Source: an uncultured Bacillales bacterium
Lineage (GTDB): Bacteria > Bacillota_I > Bacilli_A > RFN20 > CAG-826
Direction: 5' to 3'
Assembly (NCBI GenBank): GCA_946414915.1
Contig: CAMKQK010000001.1
Coordinates: 20,335 to 84,334, forward strand
Length of the DNA: 64,000 nt
Numbering within the stretch: the stretch's first letter is position 1; each line of letters opens with the position of its first letter. Made by a program: the position numbers and the translations under genes. Below are positions 19,411 to 29,253 of this stretch, piece by piece. The notes beneath the pieces are model-generated. The model did not search any database. It had not been told where the DNA came from and saw only the letters and a program-made list of their open reading frames with translations.

Positions 19411-19653
19411 TTATTCGGATTTATCAGATTTTTTTCTATGCGACAGTAATATGTATCCGTTAATGCCAGAGACTAGCAATCCGCCGAAAGCAATTAAGCC
19501 AATAATTCCCGCAACGTAATATTCCTTTTTAACAAGAAGAATAATAGCGAATATAATTCCACCAATTAGTAAAACCAATCCAAAGATCAATCCTATGATA
19601 AGTCTTACTGTAAAATCGGCCGTAGCCATGTCTACATATTCGTCGTGAGTCAT
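19411..19653 (-). CDS. small two-TM membrane protein (hypothetical)
   Basis: 80 aa with two strongly hydrophobic helices and a basic C-terminus. 19 nt downstream of pncA-like gene on the same strand. Confidence 0.4.
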   Translation of the reverse strand: MTHDEYVDMATADFTVRLIIGLIFGLVLLIGGIIFAIILLVKKEYYVAGIIGLIAFGGLLVSGINGYILLSHRKKSDKSE

Positions 19654-19671
19654 AGCCTTATTCTATCAAAA

Positions 19672-20223
19672 TTATTTACTGAATAAATCAGCTAATTCTT
19701 TATTGTTGTAGTTGTTAGCGCCATAAGTTTCTTTGGCGTATCTTAAGCCATATTCATAGTCTTCTTTGGTGAAGGAATTTGTGGCTTCGTTAGCAAAGAT
19801 AACTTCATAGTTGTTTTGGTAAGCATCAGCAGCGGTGTGTCTGCAGCACATATGTGTGTGTAAGCCAGCGATAACAACTGATGTAACACCTAATTCTTTG
19901 AGTAATAAGTCTAAGTCTGTTTGGAAGAAACCAGAATATCTTCTCTTTGGAACGATGTAGTCTTTAGCATCAACTGGTAATTCTGGGATAATTTCAGCAC
20001 CCCATGTACCTTTGATGGCGTGATCACCCCATAAATTTAATTCGTTGTCGACACCCTTATAGTGGCAATCGTTGCAGAAGATAACTGGAACGTTATTCTT
20101 TCTAGCAATTTCTAATAATTCTTGTGTTGGTTTGACAATTGCTCTAGCGTTATCGCAACCGATGACACCGGTGACGAAGTCGTTGAGCATATCAACCACT
20201 AATACTGCGTATTTTTTGTTCAT
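19672..20223 (-). CDS. pncA: isochorismatase-family cysteine hydrolase, probable nicotinamidase
   Basis: 183 aa. MNKKYAVLVVDMLNDF (Asp of the catalytic triad), K-containing middle motif, VIAGLHTHMCCRHTA (catalytic Cys). Confidence 0.7.
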   Translation of the reverse strand: MNKKYAVLVVDMLNDFVTGVIGCDNARAIVKPTQELLEIARKNNVPVIFCNDCHYKGVDNELNLWGDHAIKGTWGAEIIPELPVDAKDYIVPKRRYSGFFQTDLDLLLKELGVTSVVIAGLHTHMCCRHTAADAYQNNYEVIFANEATNSFTKEDYEYGLRYAKETYGANNYNNKELADLFSK

Positions 20224-20289
20224 TTTTTAGTCCTCTTTTAAACACATTGGCTATATTTTATATATAAGTGACTAAAAATCAAATACTTT

Positions 20290-20321
20290 TTTAATAAAAA
20301 AGGCCACACAGATGTATGGCC
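20290..20321 (-). terminator. intrinsic terminator after gpmA
   Basis: Minus-strand GGCCAuacaucugugUGGCC hairpin followed by UUUUUU. Confidence 0.55.
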
Positions 20322-20343
20322 TATAAAAGTTGAGTATTTTTAA

Positions 20344-21090
20344 CTATTTGGCTTTGCCTTGGTTGGCAACAGCTTCCATTTGTTTTTTGAGTTCTTCTTC
20401 GTCCATTAAGTAGTAATGGTTAATGGCTTTCATATTGTCATCAAATTCATACACTAGTGGGACACCTGTTGGGATGTTAACACCAACGATTTCGGAGTCC
20501 GCCATATTGTCGAAGTATTTAACTAAAGCTCTTAAGGAGTTACCATGGGCAACGATAAGGACTCTCTTACCAGCTTCCATTTCTGGTTTGATAACTTCTT
20601 CAAAATATGGAACTGCTCTCTTAACTGTTAATTCTAAGGATTCATTTAATGGTAAATCTTTTGGATCAACATCTCTGAATTGCGCTTGTAAAGCTGGGTT
20701 ACGTGGATCGTCTTTTTCAAGAGCTGGAGGTGGGCAATCATAGCTTCTTCTCCAAATCTTAACTTGTTCTTCACCGTATTTAGCAGCGGTTTCGGCTTTG
20801 TTTAAGCCTTGAAGAGCGCCATAGTGACGTTCATTTAATCTCCAGGATTTGTAAACTGGTAACCATTCTCTGTCTAATTCAAATAAGACATTGTTCATTG
20901 TGTGAATAGCTCTCTTTAATAAAGAGGTATGGACGACATCAAAGTCATAACCCTTTTCTTTTAAAGTTCTACCAGCGCGGTGAGCTTCTTCAACGCCCTT
21001 TTCGCTTAATTCGACATCGGTCCAACCTGTGAAGAGGTTGAGTTTATTCCATTCGGATTCACCATGTCTGATTAATACTAATTTATGCAT
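20344..21090 (-). CDS. gpmA: 2,3-bisphosphoglycerate-dependent phosphoglycerate mutase
   Basis: [12 protein letters not shown] catalytic His motif and HGNSLRAL. Start placed at the internal ATG (21090) preceded by AAGGAG; the ORF-track 5' extension is probably untranslated. Confidence 0.9.
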   Translation of the reverse strand: MHKLVLIRHGESEWNKLNLFTGWTDVELSEKGVEEAHRAGRTLKEKGYDFDVVHTSLLKRAIHTMNNVLFELDREWLPVYKSWRLNERHYGALQGLNKAETAAKYGEEQVKIWRRSYDCPPPALEKDDPRNPALQAQFRDVDPKDLPLNESLELTVKRAVPYFEEVIKPEMEAGKRVLIVAHGNSLRALVKYFDNMADSEIVGVNIPTGVPLVYEFDDNMKAINHYYLMDEEELKKQMEAVANQGKAK

Positions 21091-21224
21091 GTGTGTTTTC
21101 TCCTTTTTTAATTCCGTAGTAATTATACTTGCATTCTTTGTTGAAACAAAGAGAAAAGACAAAAGCATTTATAGTTATTCTGATTACACCTTGTTTTATG
21201 AAAATAAATGTGTTTGAATATGAG

Positions 21225-21268
21225 TACCGGTGATTTACCGCTCAAGTGGTGTCGTAGCCGGTTTTTTT
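21225..21268 (+). terminator. orphan plus-strand intrinsic terminator / possible leader attenuator upstream of nptA
   Basis: ACCGG...[ACCGC-ucaa-GUGGU]...CCGGU structure followed by U7. No plus-strand gene upstream, and 95 nt before the nptA ATG. Confidence 0.4.
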
Positions 21269-21363
21269 ATTCTTTTAATGCGGTTTTTCTTGTGCTTTTT
21301 TCAATCATCAAATATCAATCGCCTTATTGATTATATTCAATAAATGTTTTTTAATATTATCGT

Positions 21364-23025
21364 ATGGAACAATTAGTATTAAGTATTATCACATTATTTG
21401 TAGGCGCCGCGGTATTTATCGTTGGCATGAACATGATGTCCTCTGGTTTAAAGAAATCCACAGGACGCGGATTAAAAAGATTATTAAAGAAGATTAGAAA
21501 CAATAGATTTGCTTGTTTCGGCATTGGTACAACAGTCACAGCATTAGTACAAAGCAGTGCGGCCACTGGTGTTATGGCTATCGGTTTTATTGCCGCTGGT
21601 GCAATGACAGTATTCCAAGGCGTTAACATCATCCTTGGTGCTTATGTTGGCACTACCGTGACTGGTTTAATTGCTTCCTTATCTTCTATTTCTATTTCTA
21701 AATACTTTGTTGTCTTAGCAGTTATCGGTGTTGTCTTGATGTTCTTTAAGAAAGAATTAGTGAGAAACATCGGTGAAATCTTAGCTGGCTTAGGTATCTT
21801 ATTCTTTGGCTTAAGCACAATGAGTGGCGCCATTATGGGTAACGCTGATTTAGTTAAAGGCATCGAAGACTTCTTTGAAGCTGTTAAATTCCCACTACTC
21901 TTATTATTAATCGGTGCCTTCATCACCGCTTTATTACAGTCCAGTTCTGCTTCTATTGGTATTACCGTTGCGATGGTTGGCACAGGTGCCTTACATTTTG
22001 AACAAGCTATGTATCTTGTTTTAGGTGCGACAATCGGTACCGTCATCACTCTTTTAATTGCTACTATTGGTGGAAACGTTAATGTTAAACGTACTGGTTT
22101 AATTGTTTTAATCATTCGTATCTTAGCCGCTTTAGTGGCTCTAGCCATCTGCTGGCCATTATCTTCATTTATCACTGATGGTTTCCATTTCATCTTTGGT
22201 AATAACAACGCTTTAGCGATCGCGGTATTCCATGTTTTATATAACATTATCTTTATGATTGCCGCTCTTCCACTTGTAAAACCATTAGAAAAGTTATCTC
22301 TCAAGCTTATCAAAGATAAAGAACAAGAAAAGATGAGAGAATCTATTAAGTTTATTGATAATCACTTATTGAATACTCCATCCATCGCTATGATGCAGGT
22401 CAAAAGAGAAATCATCAATATGATGCATCTTTCTTATGACAACTTAAAACTTGGTTATCATCGTATTCTTACGCAAGATACTTCTAACGATAAAGAATTA
22501 ATCGAAGTCGAAGATAAGATTGACTATATCAATAATGAAATTACTCAATTCTTAATCAACTTAACTCATAATGTTACATTAAACGACGAAAAGACATTAG
22601 GTAGTTATTTCCATGTTGTTAACGATATTGAACGTATTGGTGACCACGCCTATAACTTCTATGAATCTTCATTAAAGATGGTGGAAAACGATTTAGCGTT
22701 CTCTGATATCGCTAAAAAGGAATTCGACAGTATGTTTGATGTGGTTTGTCAGATGTTTGATTTAACATTCATCATCTTCCACGATAAGAGTAGCGATAGC
22801 TTAAGAAAGCTCCATGATTTAGAAAATCAAACAGATGAATTAAAGAACAAATTAAGTAGTGCTCACTACGAGCGTATTCAAAATAAAACATGTCACGTGG
22901 AAAACTCTCCTTTCTACACCACTTTAGTTAGTGAATTAGAAAGAGTCGCAGACCACTTAGTTAATATTGGTTATTCGATTGTTAATCCTATTGGCGATGA
23001 TCCTAGTGAAAAACTAGCGAAGTAG
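21364..23025 (+). CDS. Na+/phosphate cotransporter (NptA-type) with C-terminal PhoU-like domain
   Basis: 553 aa. Duplicated Na/Pi cotransporter motifs (GMNMMSSGLK; SSSASIGITVAMV) and a C-terminal soluble PhoU-like helical domain. Confidence 0.8.
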   Translation: MEQLVLSIITLFVGAAVFIVGMNMMSSGLKKSTGRGLKRLLKKIRNNRFACFGIGTTVTALVQSSAATGVMAIGFIAAGAMTVFQGVNIILGAYVGTTVTGLIASLSSISISKYFVVLAVIGVVLMFFKKELVRNIGEILAGLGILFFGLSTMSGAIMGNADLVKGIEDFFEAVKFPLLLLLIGAFITALLQSSSASIGITVAMVGTGALHFEQAMYLVLGATIGTVITLLIATIGGNVNVKRTGLIVLIIRILAALVALAICWPLSSFITDGFHFIFGNNNALAIAVFHVLYNIIFMIAALPLVKPLEKLSLKLIKDKEQEKMRESIKFIDNHLLNTPSIAMMQVKREIINMMHLSYDNLKLGYHRILTQDTSNDKELIEVEDKIDYINNEITQFLINLTHNVTLNDEKTLGSYFHVVNDIERIGDHAYNFYESSLKMVENDLAFSDIAKKEFDSMFDVVCQMFDLTFIIFHDKSSDSLRKLHDLENQTDELKNKLSSAHYERIQNKTCHVENSPFYTTLVSELERVADHLVNIGYSIVNPIGDDPSEKLAK

Positions 23026-23028
23026 CCT

Positions 23029-23808
23029 ATGAATAAAACAATTAAATACATTATTACGATTGTATTAGCCGCTCTTGCGGTTACGGCTTTCGTATTATTT
23101 GAAGCTATCCATATTGATATCATTACTAATGATTATGAGGCCAATAAATTAGTCACGGGTATCATTTATCACTTTATCGTGGGCGCTTTAATACTCTGGC
23201 TCATCTATCTAGTGGGTAACACTCCATATATGTCATGGAGAGGCACCACTTTTAAAAAGATATTGTGGTGTTTGCCATGTCTACTCGTTGCCGTCGTTAA
23301 TTTCCCAATCGCGAGCCTTTTAACTAAAGAGATGACTTTCTCGCGTTTAGACCTTATGGGGCTTTATATCCTTTATGTTATTTCAGTAGCCTTAATTGAG
23401 GAAATCGTCTTTAGAGGTATTCTTTTATATCTATGCTTAGACTATTTAAGAAATGCGAAATTAAAGTACTTCTTCGCCGCCTTAATTAGCACCACTATAT
23501 TTGCCTTATTCCATCTCACTAACTTATTCAATAACATGTCACCATTAGATGTCTTATTACAAGTCGGTTATACCTTCTTAATTGGTGGGATGTTCTCAGT
23601 GATGATGTTAAAAACAAACAACGTTTGGTTATGCGTAATTATTCATGCGATATTTGACTTTGGTGGCCTTTTAACATTCTTTGAAATCGCAGAAGGAAAT
23701 CCTTGGGATAATCGTGTTTTTTGGATTTTAACTATCGTCTGTGGTATCTTATGTGCGGGGCACATTATTGTGAGTCTCATTAATATGGAGAAAAAGCATG
23801 TTTCCTGA
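23029..23808 (+). CDS. CPBP-family intramembrane metalloprotease (CAAX protease-like)
   Basis: 259 aa polytopic protein with EEIVFRG (EExxxR), FALFHLTN (FxxxH) and HAIFDF motifs. Confidence 0.75.
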   Translation: MNKTIKYIITIVLAALAVTAFVLFEAIHIDIITNDYEANKLVTGIIYHFIVGALILWLIYLVGNTPYMSWRGTTFKKILWCLPCLLVAVVNFPIASLLTKEMTFSRLDLMGLYILYVISVALIEEIVFRGILLYLCLDYLRNAKLKYFFAALISTTIFALFHLTNLFNNMSPLDVLLQVGYTFLIGGMFSVMMLKTNNVWLCVIIHAIFDFGGLLTFFEIAEGNPWDNRVFWILTIVCGILCAGHIIVSLINMEKKHVS

Positions 23809-24631
23809 TCCATTATTTAATATATTCGGCATCGATATTGATATGTATGCGATATTCATCCTTATTGGATTGATCGCTTGTTTTGTTTTCACTTATATCG
23901 CTATGCGTAAAAGTGGTTATTCCAGTACTGCGAGAGATACAATCCTCATGATTGGTATCATCGCGATTGCTTTAGGCTTCTTATTCGCTACTTTAACTCA
24001 ATCAATTTACGACTTTATTGCCCATCCAGAAAATGGTTTCCAATTCGCTGGTAAAATGACCTTCTTAGGCGGACTCTTAGGGGGTGTAATTGTTTATCTT
24101 GCTACCTACTTCTTATATGTCTATGTCATTAATCCAAGATTAAAAGACACTAATATTTTGAAGAGTGATATGAATAAGGGTGTTTGGGAGTTATTAAGAT
24201 TCGCCCCTATTTCTATTACTCTCGCGCACGCTTTTGGAAGATTAGGCTGCTTCTCCGCGGGTTGCTGCAGTGGTATTGAAACCGATGCTTGGTATGGTGT
24301 AACTTTCCCTGGTGAATTACATAAAGAAATACCTACTCAATTATTTGAAGCGATTTTCTTATTTGTGATTTCCGCGGTGATGATTCTTTTATATTTCAAA
24401 TTCCATTTTAAATACAATATGACCGTTTACCTTATTGGATACGGCATCTGGAGATTCTTAATCGAGTTCATCAGAGGGGACGTTGAAGAAAGAGGTAAAT
24501 TCGTTCCAGGATTAACTCCTTCACAGTTCTGGTCCATTCTAATGGTCATAGGCGGAGTAATCTTCTTCTTCCTCTATCGTTACTTTGATAAAAAGATTGA
24601 AGAAAAGAAAGCACTTAAAGAACAAGCTTAA
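23798..24631 (+). CDS. lgt: prolipoprotein diacylglyceryl transferase
   Basis: 277 aa membrane protein with the Lgt signature region (HAFGRLGCF...IPTQLFEA). Overlaps the upstream gene by 11 nt. Confidence 0.82.
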   Translation: MFPDPLFNIFGIDIDMYAIFILIGLIACFVFTYIAMRKSGYSSTARDTILMIGIIAIALGFLFATLTQSIYDFIAHPENGFQFAGKMTFLGGLLGGVIVYLATYFLYVYVINPRLKDTNILKSDMNKGVWELLRFAPISITLAHAFGRLGCFSAGCCSGIETDAWYGVTFPGELHKEIPTQLFEAIFLFVISAVMILLYFKFHFKYNMTVYLIGYGIWRFLIEFIRGDVEERGKFVPGLTPSQFWSILMVIGGVIFFFLYRYFDKKIEEKKALKEQA

Positions 24632-24647
24632 TTAATAAATAATCTAG

Positions 24648-24675
24648 GCAGTGAGCAATCACTGCTTTTATTTAT
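24648..24675 (+). terminator. intrinsic terminator after lgt
   Basis: GCAGUGA-gcaa-UCACUGC followed by UUUUAUUU. Confidence 0.55.
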
Positions 24676-24789
24676 ATTATTTTTAATAATAAGGATTATA
24701 GGGGCTGAATAAAGAAGAAACGGATAAATACACTTTAATTACATTAACGCCGCTTAAAACGCCTAAAAGATACACTAAACACGCATAAT

Positions 24790-24825
24790 AAAAAGCGAAC
24801 CTCGTTTGAGATTCGCTTTTGTTTT
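24790..24825 (-). terminator. intrinsic terminator after GH3 gene 1 (palindromic)
   Basis: AAAAGCGAA-N13-UUCGCUUUU with U-runs on both strands. Confidence 0.5.
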
Positions 24826-24838
24826 AGTTAGTGATTAA

Positions 24839-27800
24839 CTATTCCGCTTGAGCGACAGGATCTTCTTTCTTGCGTAAAGCAGTAAAGATCACTGCGAAGC
24901 CCCAGCCTGCTAAGCAGACAGGAATGGCGATTTCAAGAGCGCGGAATGCGATCTTCCACCAAACGGTCTTGTAACCGATGATGTCGACCTTTAACATCGC
25001 GGAGTTAGCTAATGCATAAAGGTTATTATGAGCGGCTTGTCTGAGTAAGTTGACGTCTTTAGCGTCACTCTTCTTGACGTATGGTGTATCATAAACGCCA
25101 CTTGTTTGTAACCATTGTTCATCGTCAGCGCAGAGGTTTAAGTCACCGCCAGCGTAGAGCATTTGCTTACTATCCATATAGAAGTCTGTATGGAAGTCAC
25201 AGATAACGGAACCAACAAAGCCCCATTCTTTCTTTAAGATAGTTGTGACTAAACGATAGGAACCACCAGCCCATTCAGTACCGATACGGTTGAAGGAAGT
25301 CATTAAGCCTTTAGCTTCGCCTTCTTTAACAGCGATTTCGAAAGCCTTTAAGTAAAGTTCACGCATCGCTTGTTCGTCTAACCATGTGGCGATACCTTTT
25401 GTGGATCTGTGTGTTTCTTGGTCGTTGACGGCATAGTGTTTAACGTTAGCGTAGACACCTTTTTTCATAACGCCTTTGATGACTCTACCAGCGAATTTAC
25501 CATTTAATAATGGGTCTTCAGAGTAGTATTCAGTGTTACGGCCAGAGAATGGAGAACGGTGTAAGTTGACGCCTGGAGCATACCAACCTGGGTAAGCAAG
25601 GCCGTTTTTCTCATTACCGATTAAGCATTCGTTACCAATAGCGTTAGCTTGTAAATCAGCTAATTCTAAGTTATAGGTTTGAGCTAATAAGCATTCTGAT
25701 TGATAGTAGCAGCAACCATAGATAGCTGTACTGCCTAAGAAGCCAACGATACCTGTAGGACCATCAGCGGAAGTTGTGCCTGGAACAACAACATAATCTT
25801 TGTAGTTCTTTTCAACTTCTTCGCCTGTTTCTTCGTCAATTTCTTTAATGGTGACATTCTTCTTAATGGCAGGTGTAGAATAGCAGCCTTCATTGAAGAT
25901 TCTTAAATAGTCATTAAAGCTTAATTGATCAAGGAATGCATCCCATAAAGGATCATCATATTTCTTACCAGCTAAATCTTTGATGGAAACAGTATATGGC
26001 GCATCCATTGTTGGCATTTTGTCATATTTTTCTTCATTAGTTGTGGATTTAGATTGTAATTTCTTTAAGAAAGCATCATCAATGACACGTTCATCAATAG
26101 TGATTGGTTTTGGGAATGTGCCAGCGAAGTTACTTCTGGATAAGCTTTCTGCTGGATTCATATGCGCAGTCACTTCTGGGAATAATGGTTCGACTTTAAC
26201 ATCGGTGTCTGGATCTTTTTCAATCTTAACATCGTTTGCTAATGTCTTTTTGATTTCGCCGAATGAGTGGTGAGCATCTGTACTTGCGTAGAATGTGTAT
26301 TCACCTTTTTCTAATTCGTAGCCTTTGAAACCATTATGGTTCTTGTCTTGAGAATCAAAGCTAGCCATATCATATGGATTAACTGTGATTTCAACTGTGT
26401 CTTCTTCGCCTTTGGCTAACAATTTTGTTTTAGCAAAGCCCACTAAGACTTTATGTGCTTTTTCAATGCCGCCATTTGTATATGGAGCGGATCCATAAAG
26501 TTGAACGACTTGTTTGCCTGGAACATTGCCAGTGTTTTTGACTTTTACTTTGACAGTGAAAGTTTTTTGTTCGCCTTTATCGTTTTTACCGTATTCAAAG
26601 GCGCCGCCTTCACTTGTCACTGTTTCAGTGAAATCTGTATAGCTTAAGCCATAGCCGAATGGGTAAACAACATTTTTGTTATACCATTCTTCACCATCAA
26701 TTGAGCCACGGGTTTCATAATATCTATAACCCATGTAGATGTTTTCTTCGTATTCAACTAAGTAATAACCAGTTGTTTGTTCTTCGATAGTACCATCAGC
26801 CTTAGTGGTATAACCGGTAATATAAGCATCGGTACCATTTTGGTTTTCGTATGTTTTGTTACCACCGAAGTTTTGCCATGTTGGGTCTTTTTTATAGTTT
26901 GTGTAAACGGTATCAACAGTTTTGCCTGATGGGTTAACTGTACCATTAAGGATTGAGCCTAAAGCCATGATGCCGTTAGCACCTGGGCTACCAATATTAA
27001 TAACGGCGTCGACGTATTTGCCGAAATCGTTATAATCTGTAGCGTTTGTTCTTTCTTCTAAGAATCCTAAATCAATGTAGTTAGAGCCATTGAGTAAGAT
27101 AATGATCTTTTTGAATTTTTGAGATTTACCGATTTCTCTTAATAATTCTCTTTCGGCGTTATCTAATTCAAGATAGTGACGATTTTCGTTATCAAAAGCT
27201 TTTCTTGGTAAGTCCCAACCTTCACCCGCGATACGTGAGAAGACAACGATAGCAGCGTCGCCATAGTTATCATATGATTTCTTCACAGCGTCTGTGTATT
27301 TGTCATAAGATGTTTCACCAGTGAATAAGATTGGCACTTTTTGTTTACCAGTCTTGTCTTCCATGCCTGGGCTATCACTACGAGGATCTTGTTTATCGTA
27401 GAATTTTTTCATTTCTGGGTTGATAGCAAAACCGGCTTCTTCTAATGAGTCGTTAACGGTTTTTCTCCAACCATATTTTTTCTTGAGTTCTTTATCGTCA
27501 CTCTTACCTGGTTCAGCGGAACCTGAACCACCATAAACTAAAGCGACAGAGTTTCTACCAAAGACTGTGACTTTAGAGCCTTTAGCAAGTGGTAAAGCTT
27601 CTTCTCTGTTTTTAAGAAGAATCATACCTTCTTCACAGATTTGTCTGGCAACTTCGTTACCATTATTGAACGCTTCGTCTTTTGTTTCAAAGTCTTGGAC
27701 GAAGGCATTACCTTTTTGGTTTGGATCTGGAATTGGAATATCGCCACCTAATTTGGTTTGTTCGATCAATGAAACGTATTTGTTCATTGCGAAGTAATCA

Positions 27801-27895
27801 GCAGCGATTAAAACACCAGTAAGAACCACGGTTGTTGCTAACCAGGTAATAACACGTGGTTTTAATAATTTTTTAAATACTTTTTTTGCACTCAT
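24839..27895 (-). CDS. glycoside hydrolase family 3 (beta-glucosidase/xylosidase-like), circularly permuted domain order, N- and C-terminal TM segments
   Basis: 1018 aa. GH3 motifs KHYAVNDQE and GFVGSVICDF (TIM barrel with nucleophile Asp) lie in the C-terminal half, after the alpha/beta-sandwich and Fn3-like (VVQLYGSAPYT) domains. N-terminal signal-anchor and C-terminal TM. Confidence 0.8.
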   Translation of the reverse strand: MSAKKVFKKLLKPRVITWLATTVVLTGVLIAADYFAMNKYVSLIEQTKLGGDIPIPDPNQKGNAFVQDFETKDEAFNNGNEVARQICEEGMILLKNREEALPLAKGSKVTVFGRNSVALVYGGSGSAEPGKSDDKELKKKYGWRKTVNDSLEEAGFAINPEMKKFYDKQDPRSDSPGMEDKTGKQKVPILFTGETSYDKYTDAVKKSYDNYGDAAIVVFSRIAGEGWDLPRKAFDNENRHYLELDNAERELLREIGKSQKFKKIIILLNGSNYIDLGFLEERTNATDYNDFGKYVDAVINIGSPGANGIMALGSILNGTVNPSGKTVDTVYTNYKKDPTWQNFGGNKTYENQNGTDAYITGYTTKADGTIEEQTTGYYLVEYEENIYMGYRYYETRGSIDGEEWYNKNVVYPFGYGLSYTDFTETVTSEGGAFEYGKNDKGEQKTFTVKVKVKNTGNVPGKQVVQLYGSAPYTNGGIEKAHKVLVGFAKTKLLAKGEEDTVEITVNPYDMASFDSQDKNHNGFKGYELEKGEYTFYASTDAHHSFGEIKKTLANDVKIEKDPDTDVKVEPLFPEVTAHMNPAESLSRSNFAGTFPKPITIDERVIDDAFLKKLQSKSTTNEEKYDKMPTMDAPYTVSIKDLAGKKYDDPLWDAFLDQLSFNDYLRIFNEGCYSTPAIKKNVTIKEIDEETGEEVEKNYKDYVVVPGTTSADGPTGIVGFLGSTAIYGCCYYQSECLLAQTYNLELADLQANAIGNECLIGNEKNGLAYPGWYAPGVNLHRSPFSGRNTEYYSEDPLLNGKFAGRVIKGVMKKGVYANVKHYAVNDQETHRSTKGIATWLDEQAMRELYLKAFEIAVKEGEAKGLMTSFNRIGTEWAGGSYRLVTTILKKEWGFVGSVICDFHTDFYMDSKQMLYAGGDLNLCADDEQWLQTSGVYDTPYVKKSDAKDVNLLRQAAHNNLYALANSAMLKVDIIGYKTVWWKIAFRALEIAIPVCLAGWGFAVIFTALRKKEDPVAQAE

Positions 27896-27921
27896 AATTC
27901 AAATCCTATATTAGCAACAGA

Positions 27922-29007
27922 CTATTTGGAGCTATTTAATTGAGATAATTTAGCGTTTGAGAAAGTAACTGCGCTAGAAGAAACTAATTTGATAGCGTCA
28001 ATAACTGGACCGGTGGATTTGATTGTACCGTTTAATGTATTTTCGTTATTAACAGTCATCTTAATGGTATTTTTGCCTTGATTTAATGACACTTCAGCAC
28101 TGATCATGAAATCACGGAATGGAAGAATGTCCTTTGGAACGATGTTGTGGATAGCGATATTGCCATATTTAACATCGGCATTATTGACTTGGACTTGGAA
28201 ATCTGCATCGCTGAATCTTTCATAAACTCTAGCTTCACCTTCGCCTTCGAAGACTTGGTGTTCTTCAGTAAGACCATATTCACCAGATAATCTCATGAAT
28301 AATGTAACGTTTGTAGCGGCGGCATCACTTTCAATTTCCCATGTTAATGTATTGCCTTTAACGTAGTTATAGTGAACAAATGCGCCGACAACACTGACAT
28401 CTGAGTTTGCGAAGTCTGCGTCTGTTGCGTAACGGGCAACGCCAGATTCTCTAACGTAAGCACCGGAAGCATTATATTTGTTTTCGTTACCTTCGTAAGC
28501 AACTCTACCGATAAGGCCTGTACCAGATTGACCACCTGAATAGGTTTCACCATCCATACCTGCGGTACCGTCTTTACCAATTCTTTCAGTAATATCTGGG
28601 CATAATTCTGCTTCGAAAGCATTAACGGCTTGTGAAGCTGGAATGAAACATGGTTTTAATTCAACATCTTCCATAACAACGTTGTTACTTTTACTATCGA
28701 AGTCCCAAATTTCACCACCGTTTTTGACGTTCATCCAACCATAGAAAACTTTACCTGCAGGAGCGGTTGGATCTTTTGCTGGTTTTTCCAAAGCAGTACC
28801 AAGCTTAACAGTTTCGACTTTTGGATTTCCATCACCGTTATCAATCTTAACTTGTAAATCAGGGAGGACGATTGGTTCAGATGATTCATCTTCGGATGAA
28901 GATTGAGATGCTGATCTGCTAGGTTTTTTGGATGAAGAGGTACCGCTACAGCCAGCAAGAGCCATACAAGCCACCATCATACCCATTAAAAAGATTTTCT
29001 TTTTCAT
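27922..29007 (-). CDS. lipoprotein with Listeria-Bacteroides (Flg_new-type) repeat and C-terminal beta-rich domain, likely co-transcribed with GH3 gene 1
   Basis: 361 aa. Lipobox MALAGC. Ser-rich linker. FYGWMNVKNGGEIWDFDSK...ELKPCF repeat signature. 26 nt upstream of the GH3 start on the same strand. Confidence 0.55.
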   Translation of the reverse strand: MKKKIFLMGMMVACMALAGCSGTSSSKKPSRSASQSSSEDESSEPIVLPDLQVKIDNGDGNPKVETVKLGTALEKPAKDPTAPAGKVFYGWMNVKNGGEIWDFDSKSNNVVMEDVELKPCFIPASQAVNAFEAELCPDITERIGKDGTAGMDGETYSGGQSGTGLIGRVAYEGNENKYNASGAYVRESGVARYATDADFANSDVSVVGAFVHYNYVKGNTLTWEIESDAAATNVTLFMRLSGEYGLTEEHQVFEGEGEARVYERFSDADFQVQVNNADVKYGNIAIHNIVPKDILPFRDFMISAEVSLNQGKNTIKMTVNNENTLNGTIKSTGPVIDAIKLVSSSAVTFSNAKLSQLNSSK

Positions 29008-29253
29008 AATTAATAGTTCGTTATTCGGTTAACCCTAGACTTAACTGCCGGATAACATTCTCCTTTCTAGGGATATATAATCAAGCGCCATCTTAATACG
29101 GACGATTTAAGATGATGCTTTATTAACGATTTTATGTATTAATAGCATATCACTATATACGCATAATGTATACGCATATTAACGTAGCAAACTGCTAGGG
29201 CCGGATTGACCCTAGCAGTTAACATGTTTTTAGTTAGAAATTATTTTCTAAAA

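Noticed and set aside
21642-22313. 223-aa minus-strand ORF
   Set aside because: Lies entirely antisense inside the coherent nptA coding region; low-complexity K/I/A-rich translation, no RBS; reverse-frame artefact.
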